A DNA stretch of 64,000 nt from Thecamonas trahens ATCC 50062 (Eukaryota; Protista; Apusomonadida). Below are positions 1 through 12,485 of this stretch, piece after piece; position 1 is the stretch's first letter; every line of letters starts with the position of its first letter. The stretch lies in contig NW_013657633.1 of the NCBI RefSeq assembly GCF_000142905.1, forward strand, positions 169,154-233,153, read 5' to 3'. The translations under genes and the position numbers were made by a program. Under the pieces are notes generated by a model. It searched no databases and had not been told where the DNA came from. It saw only the letters and a list, made by a program, of their open reading frames with translations.

Positions 1-3000
1 GGTCGTTGAGAGCGGCGACTGAGATGTAGGTGTACGTTCCCCATGCGTGCTTGGTGTTGAGCGAGTCAAGCTCCTTCTCGACATCATCGTCGCCGGTAAA
101 GGTAATGAGCGAGGTCTTGCCCTCGAGCAAGCGGGTCAGCTCGTCCTCGTCCTCGTCCGGAGCCGGCCCAGCGCCGCCGTCGTGCGAGTCGCCGAATTCG
201 GCGGTGATGTCGGCGGCCGGATCGGCGCCAGTCGCACCGCGGTCGTACGAGTAGTCAACGTCCGGGTTGGGCACAAACGGGCCGTCGCGGTCGAGGAGGT
301 CGTCCCAGTCAATGTCGCGGAAGAACGGGTGGCTTTTGACCTCGGACGCCGAGTGCCGCCCCAGCCGCTTCCGCGGGTCGATGGTGAGCAGCTTGGAGAT
401 GAGGTCCTTGGCCTCCTCCGAGATCTCCTCGGGCACGTCAGGCCACACGATGCGCCGCTCGATGATGTTCTCAAAGATGTCTAGCGGCGTCTCGTCGTTG
501 AATGGCGGGACGCCGGTGAGCATCTCAAAAAGGATAACTCCGAGCGCCCACCAGTCGACCCGCTCGTCGTGCGAGCCATGCATGATAATCTCCGGTGCGA
601 GGTAGTCCGGCGTACCCACAAACGAGTGCTTCTTCTGCGCACCGCGCTTGAATGACATCGAGGCAAAGCGAGTCGCCGAGCCGTCGTTGGGAACGACAAC
701 CGGCGCGCAGCCGCCGACCGCGCCCGCGGCAGCGCTCGACGTCCCGCCAGACGAAACATCCGCCGACGAGTGCCCCGCAGAGATTGGCCGGGCGAGGAGT
801 ATCGACTGCTGGTCGCGGTAGGTGTCTGACAGCTTGAGCCGCCCGGATGAGCGCTCGTTGGAATCGGACGGCGCGGCGCCGGTCTGGATCCGCCGCGGTG
901 CCGTTTGTGGGATTGGCGGTCGCGAGTACGAGTCCGAGCCGCCCTTGTAGTACTTGCTGCTGCGCTGCGGCGTCCGCGGCGTGACCGGCACCGACGGTGA
1001 AATCGGCGTGGTCGGCGACGTCACGTCGGCAACATCGATAATGCCGCGGGCCTGGGTTGACGACGCAAGACCAAACGAGGTCGACGACGAGAGCGACTCG
1101 GACGACGATGACGATGACGAGTCGCGATGGCCGTCAGGTCGGACAACCGTGGGAATGGCGTTGAGCGGGCCTGAGCCGTTCAGCGAACCAATTTCGGTAT
1201 CCTCGTCGATGAGGTCGAGCGCCATTGGCCCTAGCGACGACGAGTTGTTCGACGCTACCGAGTGGGTTGAGTTGCGCCGCATCCGCATCCGCATCGCTGG
1301 TGGAACTGCCGCTGACGGCGAGACGTTCCGCATGTTCGGGTCCGGCGTCTCACCGAGTGACATGTTGACCGCCGAGTACGATGACGACATGATCGACGGT
1401 GAGAGCTCCGACGCGCCGCGCCGCCGCCGGATGCCGTGCGGGCTCGGCCTTGGCGGGCGTGGGCTCGCCTGGGCTGCCTGTGGCGACCGCTGCGGCGATT
1501 GTTGCGGTGAGCGTTGCGGCGACATCGACCGCGACCGCGCGGGCGTGCTCGAGCCGGACGACCGCGACGACCGCGACGACCGCGACGAACGCATCGCCCG
1601 CGGTGACGACCGCGATGCCTGTGATGACCGCGTTGCCACCAGCTGTGCTCGCGGGCCAGCAGCCACCTCCTGCACCACAATCGAGAGCCCTGACGGCTGC
1701 AGCATGCCCACGCCTCTGGCATCTTTGCTGGTGCTCCTGCGCTTGCCGCTCTTGCCCTTACCCTTACCCTTGCTCTTGCCCTTGCCCTTGCCCTTGCCCT
1801 TGCCCTTGCCCTTGCCATTGCCATTGCCCACAGCACTGCCGCCCGACTCGTCCGAACCGGCAAACAACACACGCGCAGCCGACGACGGTGTGGTCTGGGC
1901 TGGCGACGGGCGCCCGCTCGGTGTCTTGCTGTCTGCGTACCGCGAGCCGTGGTGGACCGTCCGCGGCGAGTCGCCGCAGTCGGCCTCGCCCGGAAGCACA
2001 ATGGTGCCGTCGGGCGTGACATGAACGCGAGCGACCGAGCCCGAAAGCGAGCCCGAGTTGCTGAGAGCAATCGGTGGCGGCACCGACGGCTGAAGACGCT
2101 TGTCGGGAACCGGCGATGGTGACAGGTTTGGCGCCGAGGGGGAGGCCATGGTACATATGGTGAGGCCGTACTTGTCATCGGTAGAAACTTCAACGCCGCC
2201 GTGCGAGTTGGTGAGCAGTGGGCTTGGGACAAGGACGGGCACAGGCGTGACCACACCCGAGCTAGCGGCAGCAAATGAGCCGTCTGACGCCGGGTTGTCC
2301 GAGTACACAGTTGCGCGAGCGCGCCGCTTCTTTTTTCCCGTTTGACAAGCTTGGCGATTGATCGCTGAAGCACGTCAACGTCAGAAGGCGCCTCATCCGA
2401 GTAGGCAGAGCCGTCAAAACGGGACACGGCAGTCGACGACGTCGACATGTCGGCAGCAACGACAACACCGGCGTGTCCGTTGTCCTCTGGGTGGGGTGAT
2501 GAGATCGAGCCATACGACGACGACGATGGCGACGATGGCGACGATGACGACAATGACAACGACAATGACGATGAGGACGACGACGACGGCGGCAGCGGCG
2601 GCAAAGTTGATGATGCTGACAAGCTCGAAGAGCTCGAAGAGCTCAAACCGGTCGGGTCGACAGGCACAAAGCTCGACAAGTTGGTAGCAGAGCCCGAAGT
2701 CTCGTGGATGACCATCATGTCAGTGGCCGACGAGTTCGGCGTGTTGGAGGTAGCCGGGTGCGGGGTGTAACGGCAGCAGCAGCAGCCGCGGCCTCCTTGA
2801 GGGACGGCGTGCCGGCCGAGCGAGTCCGGTTGGCGACAGGCGAGCCGCTTATGGATACCAGCGACGAGTTAAGACACTCTTCCGACGGCGACGAGGCAAG
2901 GGCAGCGCGACGGTCAGCGATGGATCCGGCCGGCGACGACGGAGTCGGACTTTCGCCTCCAAAGAGAGAGACAGCGTCGGTGGCAACGGTGGCGGCGCTG

Positions 3001-6000
3001 GACGGCAGCGACTCTCCCGCCGCATGCTCGGCGACGGTATCGAGGCGGGTAGACGACGAGGAGGGCGCAAACGAAGAGACGATAGAAAAGCTGGGTGACG
3101 CGCCGGTAGCCGAGTGGCGGAGTGCCGAGGTCGGGCGGGACATGTGGGTTGAGGACTTGGGCGCGGCCGAGGCCGGTGCGAGGCGGGGGTGGCGGTGGCG
3201 GTGGCGGTGGCGGCGCGAGGCCGACTTTGTGTTGTGGGCGCGTGAGGTGCGGTCGAGAATACCCATGGTGGAAAGGCCAAAGTCAGTGAGCTTAATGTGT
3301 CCTTGCTCCGAGATGAGCAGGTTGTCAGGCTTGAGGTCACGGTGGATGATGCCCTTGGAGTGGAGGTACTCGAGGGCAAGAATGACTTCAGCGGCGTAGA
3401 TTTTGGCGTGCAGCTCGTCAAAGTACTTGAGGTCTTTGAGGAGGGCAGCCACGTCACCGCCAGGCATAAAGTCCATGACAAGGTAGAGGTTGCGGGCCGA
3501 CTCGAAGGAAAAGTACAGGCGGAGGATGTGCGGATTATTGATCTTGGCGAGGATGGTCTGCTCCTGGATGACGTGCTTGAGCTGGTTTTGCGAACCATGT
3601 CGGCCTTGCGGAGGACTTTGAGCGCAAACTGGTCGCCTGTGCTCTTCTTCTTGACCAGAAGCACGCGGCCGTAGGCGCCGCGAGAGATGGGACGCACAAG
3701 CGTAAAGTCGGAGATCTTGGGTAGACGGGCTTTTTTGCGCCGCTTGAGCGAGTCAAACCGCCGGTCAGCGAGGACGGTGGCCGACATCGAGACGGCGCGG
3801 GTAGACCCGAGAGCGCGGGCGCCAAGCGGGGCAAGGCGAGGCGACGGTGCGTTGTTAACCTCGTCAGAGACAGCAGTGTCTCTGCCGAGGTACAGGGAGG
3901 CCTTGCCGCGGTCTGTGGCAGCGCCGACGGGTGAGTCGCGCGACGCCGCGGCGTCCTGTAATGGGTGCGTCGGTGAGTCGTGACGAACAGTCGAGGTAGC
4001 GCCCTTGCGCGGCGAGCCGAGCGGCGAGACGTCTGCAGCGGTATCTCCCGAGAGCGAGGAGCACTTGTGCAAAAGGCCTGCGCCTGGGGAGTCGTGCGAT
4101 GACAACGGCGACGCAGGCGTGCCTGGCCGCGATCGGAGCGGGCTGCTTGTTGCGGCGAGCGGCTCGGCGGGAAAGGCAGACGAGGCTGGGTGCCCGTCGC
4201 CGACCGGCGAGTTACCTGCGGCCGGCGAGAACAGGTCCGGCCCGCCCATGCTTGCTTCGTGCGAGGCAAACGCTGCCGGGTCGGCCGACCCGTACTCGTC
4301 GTACTCGTCGAGAAGGAGCTGCGGCTCGGCGGCCTGGGCGCGCTCAAGGTTGGTCACCTTGGTCATAATGGTCCGATGGAGGGCAACAAGGAGCTCCTGT
4401 AGATTGTGGGCGAGGTCCTCGTCGGCGACAATGATGAGGCGCTGGAGGGCAGATATGCGCTCCTTAGCAGCAAGACAAGCGTTGATGTCGAGCGAGTCAA
4501 CAGCAGCATTGACGTGCTTGATGACAATGTTGAGGACCTTGGTCGAGACGGCAGCATCAGGATTAGTCTTGGAAAACGAGACGGCGGCCAGTGCTCCGGC
4601 GAGGTGCAGCAGCTGCTGGTCGCACACCGAGGTCTCCATCTCGGCCTCTGCAAGCTCGCGGCAGGCTGTGGTGTGGTCGCGAAACTCGGAAGCGAGAACA
4701 GTCATCTCGCAAATGCGACAGAGGACAGTGTTGGTGAGGCGTTCCGATTCGGTCAGCTCGGAAGAAAAAGCCTCAACAGCGGCGGCGGTGGTGGGGCCAG
4801 AGTCGGCCAGCTCGGTCGCCGTCTTGGACAAGTCGCCGAGCTCGTCCGAGCCGAGCTCGTCAAAGTTGGATGAGCCCGTAAACGAGCGGTGCGAGGTCGA
4901 GAGCTCGCCCATGTCACTGGGGTCAGCCTGGGGTGGCTGGCGACGCGGGAGGATTTCGCCGAGGAGCGACTGCAAACGAGCGCGCTTGGCCTCATAGTTG
5001 CGCATCGAAACTGCATGAAGGAGCTCAGACTTGAGCGGCGAGACTTGCATGAGTGCTGACGCCGGGTGCTCAAGGTCGAGCTCGGGGCCAGTGGCCACGG
5101 CCTGCGGCGACGATCCACCATCGGGTGAGGGTGGCGGGCCAATGGACGAGTCCGACGACGAAACCTTGCCCGACGGCGACGTGAGCGCAAGCGGCGACGG
5201 CCGGTGTGGTGATGCCGGGTCCGGCATGGAGAGATGCGAGGTCGATGCAAGGTCGTAGGCGATCGCGCCCGAGCCAGAACGCCGCATGGAGAGCGCCGGC
5301 TCGGTCTCAAGAACGAGCTCCTGGACGCGCGAGATAATCGACGACGGCGCGGGAGACGGTGGCGGCGGCGAGAGCGCCGGTGTCGCTTCCGACGTGAGCG
5401 AGAGCGAGGTCGACCTGCTGCGCGACGAGCTGTGCGAGAAGAGATGGCGCGGCAAGGCTTTGGGCGGCGGCGGCGGTGCCGGTGTCGAGGTCGGAGCCGG
5501 CGCAGGCGCGGCTGCCGGCGAGACCGGCGGCGACATGTCGAGCTGGAACAGTGTCGGCGACGAGGTCGGCGATGAGGCCGAAAACGAGCCGTCATCCTCA
5601 ACGTCAGCGCGAGGCGGCGAAGCGACAATGGCGACGGTAGCAGGGCTGGACGTGCGGCCAAGGGCGGGGCTGATCGAGGCGGCCGAGGTTCTCCGCGAGC
5701 GCTCGACGACGGAGGAGTAGGGCGACGAGGCCGGCGAGGTACGTAGCGAGTTGGTGGTCGAGGGTGACGATGTGTGGGTAGAGTCGACGCGCGCTAACGA
5801 GGCAAACGAAGTGAGCGAAGTGAGAGAGTCGACGGCGGCGACGGCAGTGACAAGCTCGCTCTGGACCTGGCGGCTCGACGGGTTGGCAAAGAGCTCGAGC
5901 GCGGACGAGAGCGAGCGCGCAGCCATGGAGAGGGTAAGGAGGAGGTCAAGCACATAGTCGCACCAGGGCCAGGATGGCAGCCAGGCTTGCTGAAGAGTAT

Positions 6001-6925
6001 AGACCTGATCGACGAGGGCGGCGAGGCCCGGTGGGGTAAACATGCCTTCTGCAGTGAGGTCAACTAGCTCGCAGACAATGTTGTGCAGGATGGCGAGCGA
6101 GTAGAGGAACTGCGGGACGGTGCAGCCGTTCGACCAGGCTACAAGCGGGAGCGAGCGGGTGGTCTGGGGGGAAGCACCGAGCGGGAAGAGCAGAAAGTCG
6201 TCAAGAATGGGCCGATAGAGGGCCTTGGAGCGCTCAAAAACTGTGACCTGAGCCTCGAGGGTGGGCAAAGATTCAAATGATGAGGCGCGGATGAGGGTGA
6301 CATCGGCGTCGGCAATCCTGGGCCCGGGTGAGACGAGGGCGGTCTTTGCAAGGCGGATGCGTGGCGAGACTAGGGCTTCGAGCTCATTGTCGCGGAAGGA
6401 GGCCGACGGAAAGGCAACAGCATCCTGGCCGTCGCGGATCATGCGGCGCGGGGTGGTGGACGGATGCGGGAAAGACGAGGCCGACGAGGGGCCGGAGACT
6501 CCCTCGTTTCCGGCATTGGGCACCATGTACAGCGCCAGCTCCTCACGGGGGAAGACGATGCCGCCCGTAGATGACGAGTCCGAGTCCGAGCCGGAGCGCG
6601 GCGAGGCGCCTGTAGCGTCGACGCGATAGTGACCGGCGGTCGAGCCAGTTCCTGTGCATGTCGATCCGTAGCCAGTCTCTGAGTGCTCCTCATACTCGTA
6701 CTCGTAGACGTAGTCTGGGTCATTCGCCGATTGCGGGAGCGAGAGGGTAGCCATGGCCAGCAGGCGGGAGCCGTCACCACCGCTACCACCATGACCTGTC
6801 ACCTCTGCGCGAGACTCCATGACACGTCCTGTCTCCGGCAGCAGTACACTTGCAGAAGACGATGCCGGTGGTGGTGGTGGTGGTGGTGATGATGATGATG
6901 TTGGTCTCTCTCCATAGGTAGACAT
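1..6925 (-). CDS. RIM15: Rim15/Greatwall(MASTL)/IRE-type AGC Ser/Thr kinase with split catalytic domain; 3' end runs off the window; three apparent 1-nt frameshifts
   Basis: C2HC finger VLCRICE..HTTAC; kinase N-lobe [22 protein letters not shown]; [10 protein letters not shown] and DFGLS (ORF 2715..3476); [31 protein letters not shown] read by hand near 500-625. A very long low-complexity insert between DFG and APE is characteristic of Rim15/Greatwall. Frame changes at 3586-3589, 2762-2765 and 2331-2336. ATG at 6925; further upstream exons may lie in or beyond the gap. Confidence 0.85.
1752..1830 (-). repeat. (GGCAAG)n hexamer microsatellite encoding a (GK)n/(GN) tract in the kinase insert
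   Basis: Repeated cttgcc units on the + strand. Confidence 0.9.
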
Positions 6926-7149
6926 GGAGCAGAGAGGGTGAGAAGAGGAGGGGGCTTTGGCCCCAGCAGGCGAAATGTTCCCCCTCACGGGAAGAGGTGG
7001 GGGAGGTTAAGGAGAGGCTACCAATGGAGCCTCAAGGGGAGAGGAGGGGGGGGGGGCGAAGAGGAGGAGAGGGGGAGAGGGGAAGGGGTGGGGGGGGGGG
7101 GGGGAGGAGGGGAGGGGTGGAGGTGGGTGGCGACGCAAGGTCGCGCCAC

Positions 7150-7346
7150 NNNNNNNNNNNNNNNNNNNNNNNNNNNNNNNNNNNNNNNNNNNNNNNNNNN
7201 NNNNNNNNNNNNNNNNNNNNNNNNNNNNNNNNNNNNNNNNNNNNNNNNNNNNNNNNNNNNNNNNNNNNNNNNNNNNNNNNNNNNNNNNNNNNNNNNNNNN
7301 NNNNNNNNNNNNNNNNNNNNNNNNNNNNNNNNNNNNNNNNNNNNNN
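7150..7346. other. Assembly gap flanked by poly-G tracts
   Basis: Run of N. Confidence 1.
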
Positions 7347-7855
7347 GGGGGGGGGGGGGGTAGGAGGGTAGGAATAGGGCGATGAAGGGGGATGGGGGGG
7401 TAGGGATGGGGGCGATAGGCGTGATGAAGGGAGGGAGGGAGGGAGGGAGGGAGGGACTTTGTTGCTGGTCTTGGTCGAACAGCGGGAGAGGCTGCAAAGG
7501 AGAAAAGGACCAAGGTGACGAGCACAGACGATTATTGATGTTGATGATGATTATTGATGATGATGATGATAGCTTGTTATATGTCTGCTTTGGGTAGAGG
7601 GGGAGGGAGGGGGGGGGGGGGGGAGTGTAGCTGCGGGAGCGGGTGGCTTGCAACATGCGACTTCACCTCCATCACCATGGCTGGCAAGATGTGGTGGTGG
7701 CTGCATGAGTTTGGGTTTGTCATGACCGAAACGAGCGTGTGCCAAAGCCAGCACGCAACGGCAAAGCAGAGCAAAGAGTCAGAACAGGGAGGGACGGGAA
7801 GGGGAGGGGGATACACGTGTCGTGGTGAAGGACAGTCTCTGTTTGCGGGAAGCGC

Positions 7856-10001
7856 ATGGAGGCGGCGGAGGCCGAGTCGGCCGTGCCGGACAATGATAGG
7901 GTAGGTAGGGGAGGGGGGGGAGGGGGAGGGGGGAAGGGGAGGGGGGGGGAGGGGAGGGGGTAGGCGTGCTGGGAAGGAAGCTGGACGTGGGCGCGAGGGG
8001 GCTGGGGCTAGGAGGAGGGGAGGGGAGGGGAGGAGGCTGGGGGGAATGGGGGTGACTCATGGGGAATGGGTGGTTATTATGGGCTGATGGGTATGGGTGG
8101 GTATGTGGGGTGTATGGGCTGGACTGGGCTGGGCTGGGCTGGGGGTACAGATGCTTGTGTATGTGGGCGAGTGGACGGAAGAGGCCGAGACCATCGAGAT
8201 GTCGGGCATGATGACCAAGAGCTCGGGCAAGACAAAGGTCAAGGGCTTTGATAAGCGGTACTTTATGCTCACTCGGGCAGCGCTGTCGTATTGGAAGAAC
8301 GAGCAGGCGTACATCAAGGCGCCAAGCAAGAAGATGAAGGGCAGGATCGAGCTTGGCTCGGTGTGCGAGCTCAAGCGAAGGTCGGCCCATCCCAAGCTGA
8401 AGAAGCCGCTCCTGGCGCTGGAGCCGTTTGAACTCCACACTGACGCCGAAGCTGATGATGTTGACGCCGGCGGTACCGACAACAATGGCGGCGGAAGTGG
8501 CAGCGCGGTGCCCGGCCCAGCGAGAGTCTACGTGCTGTGCGGCGAGTCTGCTGAGGACTCGGCGCGGTGGTTCGAGGCGATTCGGCTGGCCTGGCTCCGC
8601 CATCCCAAGACGATGGTGCGGTTCTCGGTCATACCGCCGGGGCTCCCGCCGGCCAAGCCGCAGGCGCCAGAGAACAAGCCTAATGCGTTTGAGGCGCGGG
8701 TGACCGAGACCGAGGTTGTGCGGCAGCGGGTAGGCGCTCCAGGCAAGTTGACCGTCCTGACCGTCTCGCAGGCCGGGCAAGTTTTTGCCGGATTCGACGA
8801 CGATGCCGGGCTCTTTGAGTGGTCGCCCCGCAAGTTTGCTTTCGAAGCCGTCGACGGTGGAAGTGGGCGGGTGACCGCACTCGCGCATGGCCGCGCCGAT
8901 GATAGCGTTCTCTGGGCCAGCTTTGGCGCGACCAGTGAGAGCTCGGCGTCAGTCCGGCGGTTCTCGATTCCGTCGTGCGAGTCGGGCCTTGCGCCGTTCT
9001 GCGACGCAAGCGTCGAGCTTGGGCTCCCGCCAGGGGTGACTGTCGAGTGGCTCCGGTTCTCAGAGGCCGAGAGCTGCGTGGTGGCGTACGGCAGCGACAG
9101 CAGCCTCACCTTTGTGTCAAGCCTCACCAACTCTGTTGCCGGACGGGTGACGCTCGAAGCACCGCTGGCGGCGGCTGTGCTTGCGAGCGAGGGATCCAAG
9201 CTTGTGGGGGCGTATGCCGGTGGCGTCTCGCGCGGTGCGCTCCAGGTCTGGCGTTGTGCGCCCGAATTTGGCGAGCACGTTGCTGAGCTGAGCGGGGCCC
9301 ATGCGGCAGACGCGAGTTTTGCCGGGCAGGCGGCACTATGTGCGGTAGGGCAGGGCAGGGTCCTATCAGTTGGCTCGGACGGGGTGATTGCGCTGTGGAA
9401 TGCAGCCGAGTGCGTGCTCGAGGCCAAGATGATGCACCCGGGCCATGTACCCATTGGCTGCGCCTACTCACGGGCAGTTGGTGCAGTGTTCAGCCTTGCG
9501 CGCGGGGTTGTCGCGGTGTGGGACGCCGAGACACTGCTGGCGCGAAGAGAGATCGAGGTGCCAGTGGATGTCGAGCACGTAACAGTGCTGTCGGACGGCG
9601 GAGGGGTACTGGTCTGGGGTGGCGACGAGGTGTATGCGTACGATGTGGCGAGCGGGGCGCAGTTGCTGAAGATCTCGCCCGGGCTCGATGTGCTAGCAGC
9701 GCCCGGTGACGTTGGGAGCAGCCAGGCGGCTGCGGCGTCAGAAAGCGCAATGATAGTTGTGGCGTCGGCCAACTCGCTTTTGATGAGACCGCGTGGAGCG
9801 AGGGCTGTACTTGAGCTGCCGTACATCGAGGACCGGGTGGAGAGCGCCCGGCGGTCGATGATTAATCTTGCCGAGGCGCAGGAGCGATGGAACGCCGCGG
9901 TTGTTGCCCACCAGATGGAGGCGACCACATACGATTACTGCTTGGCCAAGCACGAGGAGCTTGTGCAGGAGTTTATGGTGTATCTCGGAACTGGGGCGTA
10001 G
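7856..10001 (+). CDS. PH-domain + WD40-like beta-propeller protein (exons 7856-7900, 8151-10001)
   Basis: PH motif GMMTKSSGK..FDKRYFML..LSYWK..WFEAIR, then WD-like blades (SVGSDGVIALWN, VAVWDA). Phase-0 intron GTAGGT...TACAG (7901-8150) joins a 15-codon ATG exon in frame. Confidence 0.8.
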
Positions 10002-10107
10002 CCAAGTGTGGATGCTCGGGCGTGGCCACGGCCCAGCCAAACAACGCAGGGCATGTGATGCGCAAGTGGCTGGGACTGCTTCTCCAAACGGTGTAAACAG
10101 AGTCTCC

Positions 10108-11883
10108 TTACTCCATGTGCGGGTAGCGCCAGTCGTCGAGCGGAAGGTAGTTCTCCTTGATGGTACGGGCAGAGACCCAGCGGAGGAGGTTGAGGGCGGA
10201 GCCCGCCTTGTCGTTGGTCCCCGAGGCGCGAGCGCCACCAAAGGGCTGGGCGCCGACGACAGCGCCAGTCGACTTGTCGTTGACGTAAAAGTTGCCTGCG
10301 GCGTCCTTGAGGGCGGCGTCGGCAGTGAGCAGGGCGTCGGCGTCGCGGGCAAAGACAGCGCCGGTGAGGGCGTACGGCGAGGTCGAGGCGCAGACCTCGA
10401 GCGTCTCCTCAAACTTGTCGTCGTCGTAGACGTAGGCGGTGAGAACCGGGCCGAAGATCTCCTCCTCCATGGTGAGGAAGTGCGGGTCGGTAGTGTGGAT
10501 GAGGGTCGGCTCGACAAAGTAGCCCTCCGAGTCGTCGGCAGAACCACCGGCAAGGACCTCGGCATCCGGCGCGGCGGCGGCAGCAGCAAGGTAGCGCGAG
10601 ATGTTGTCAAAGGAGGACTTGTCGATTACGGCGGTCATAAAGGCGTCAAACTCGTAAGGCTGACCGACCTTGATGTTGGCCATCTCGGCGACCAGCGAGT
10701 CGCGGACCTCGTCCCAGAGTGAGGCCGGAACGTACAGCCGCGACGTCGCGGAGCACTTTTGGCCCTGGTACTCAAAGGCACCGCGGAGAGTGTTGTTGAC
10801 GGCGGAGCGAACGTCGGCCGAGGCGTGGAGGAAGTGGAAGTTCTTGCCGCCGGTCTCGCCGACCACGCGTGGGTAGCCCACGTACTTGCCGTAGTTCGAG
10901 GTGATGGCGTGCGAGAGCGAGTTGAAGGTCTCGGTCGAGCCGGTAAAGTGCAGGCCCCCAAGGTGTGGCGAGTTGAGGCAGGTGTCACCGATGACCGGGC
11001 CCGAGCCCGGAACAAAGTTGATGACGCCGTCGGGGAGGCCAGCCTCGCGGAGGATGTTGTACACGTAGTAGTTGCCAAGCGCCGCCGTCGAGGCCGGCTT
11101 CCACACCACCGTGTTGCCCATCATGGCCGGAGCGGTGCAGAGGTTGGCGCCGATGGCACAAAAGTTGAACGGCGAGACGGCGAGGACAAAGCCCTCGAGC
11201 GGGCGGTACTCGGACCGGTTCCAGTTGCCCGGTGCGTTCTGCGGTGGCTGCATGGCGTAGATGTCCTCGGCAAAGGCCGTGTTGAAGCGGAAAAAGTCAA
11301 TAGTCTCCACAGCGGCGTCGATCTCGGCCTGCCACACGTTCTTGCCCGTCCCGAGCATGACCGTGGCGCACATCTTGGCCCGGTGCTTGGAGGCAACGAG
11401 GTCTGCGGCCTTGCGGAAGATGGCAAAGCGGGCCTCTGCCGGCATCGCCGCCCACTCTGCCCGGGCCTCGAGCGAGGCATCGATGGCAGCCTGGACAGTC
11501 TCCTGCGAGGCGCGATGGACGCGAGCGAGAACATGCGAGTGGCGGGTGGGCATGACCTGCTCCACCACATCGCCAGTGTACACCTCCTCGCCGTTGACCA
11601 CGCAGGGGATGTCGACCACCTCGCCAGAGACCTCTGTCAGCGCCTCAGCAAGTGCCGCACGCTCCGGCGAGCCAGGCGCATAGTTGAGCATCGGCTCCGA
11701 TGGCGGCTTAGGGAGCGAGAACGTGCCGAGCGAGCCGTATGCCCGGGTCCTGATTCGAAGACGGGAAGTGATGTGAGTGGAGCGAGGAGGTGGGGACGGG
11801 GAGGAGGGGGGGGGAGGGAGGGAAGGAGGAGGGGGGGGGCGGTACATAGGGGTGAGCACAGCAGAGATACGAGTGCGCAGCAT
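10108..11883 (-). CDS. ALDH4A1: Mitochondrial delta-1-pyrroline-5-carboxylate dehydrogenase (exons 11846-11883, 10108-11749)
   Basis: SPFNF, FTGS, ETGGKNFH, AFEYQGQKCSATSR, EEIFGP and QPFGGARASGTNDKAG motifs. Arg-rich N-terminal presequence. 96-nt C-rich intron GTACCG...CTCAC...AATCAG (11750-11845). Confidence 0.95.
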   Translation of the reverse strand: MLRTRISAVLTPMYRPPPPPSLPPPPSSPSPPPRSTHITSRLRIRTRAYGSLGTFSLPKPPSEPMLNYAPGSPERAALAEALTEVSGEVVDIPCVVNGEEVYTGDVVEQVMPTRHSHVLARVHRASQETVQAAIDASLEARAEWAAMPAEARFAIFRKAADLVASKHRAKMCATVMLGTGKNVWQAEIDAAVETIDFFRFNTAFAEDIYAMQPPQNAPGNWNRSEYRPLEGFVLAVSPFNFCAIGANLCTAPAMMGNTVVWKPASTAALGNYYVYNILREAGLPDGVINFVPGSGPVIGDTCLNSPHLGGLHFTGSTETFNSLSHAITSNYGKYVGYPRVVGETGGKNFHFLHASADVRSAVNNTLRGAFEYQGQKCSATSRLYVPASLWDEVRDSLVAEMANIKVGQPYEFDAFMTAVIDKSSFDNISRYLAAAAAAPDAEVLAGGSADDSEGYFVEPTLIHTTDPHFLTMEEEIFGPVLTAYVYDDDKFEETLEVCASTSPYALTGAVFARDADALLTADAALKDAAGNFYVNDKSTGAVVGAQPFGGARASGTNDKAGSALNLLRWVSARTIKENYLPLDDWRYPHME

Positions 11884-12023
11884 AGTGTGTATGTAGTAAA
11901 GTGTGCGAGGTGGTACTGCTAGCCGCTTTCGATGGGTAACTAGCCTGGTAAGGGGGCCAAGGTGACTCTGCTGATTCGAGTCTGTTGGTCCTGTCATGCT
12001 CCGTGGGCTGGCCACACGTTGGC

Positions 12024-12351
12024 NNNNNNNNNNNNNNNNNNNNNNNNNNNNNNNNNNNNNNNNNNNNNNNNNNNNNNNNNNNNNNNNNNNNNNNNNNNNN
12101 NNNNNNNNNNNNNNNNNNNNNNNNNNNNNNNNNNNNNNNNNNNNNNNNNNNNNNNNNNNNNNNNNNNNNNNNNNNNNNNNNNNNNNNNNNNNNNNNNNNN
12201 NNNNNNNNNNNNNNNNNNNNNNNNNNNNNNNNNNNNNNNNNNNNNNNNNNNNNNNNNNNNNNNNNNNNNNNNNNNNNNNNNNNNNNNNNNNNNNNNNNNN
12301 NNNNNNNNNNNNNNNNNNNNNNNNNNNNNNNNNNNNNNNNNNNNNNNNNNN
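12024..12351. other. Assembly gap
   Basis: Run of N. Confidence 1.
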
Positions 12352-12373
12352 ATGGAGCTGCTTCGGAATGGTA

Positions 12374-12404
<31 letters not shown>

Positions 12405-12485
12405 CGGAGCGACAGGCGCGTGCGGTGCGGGGGGAGGGGGATGGTGGCAGCTAGGGAGCACATCGCACTCTAGTTTTGGCTTGGT

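Noticed and set aside
954-2024. Many long antisense or alternate-frame ORFs (e.g. 954-2024, 4005-4997, 10759-11922, 20431-21801)
   Set aside because: Shadow ORFs expected from high GC and biased codon use opposite real genes; no motifs
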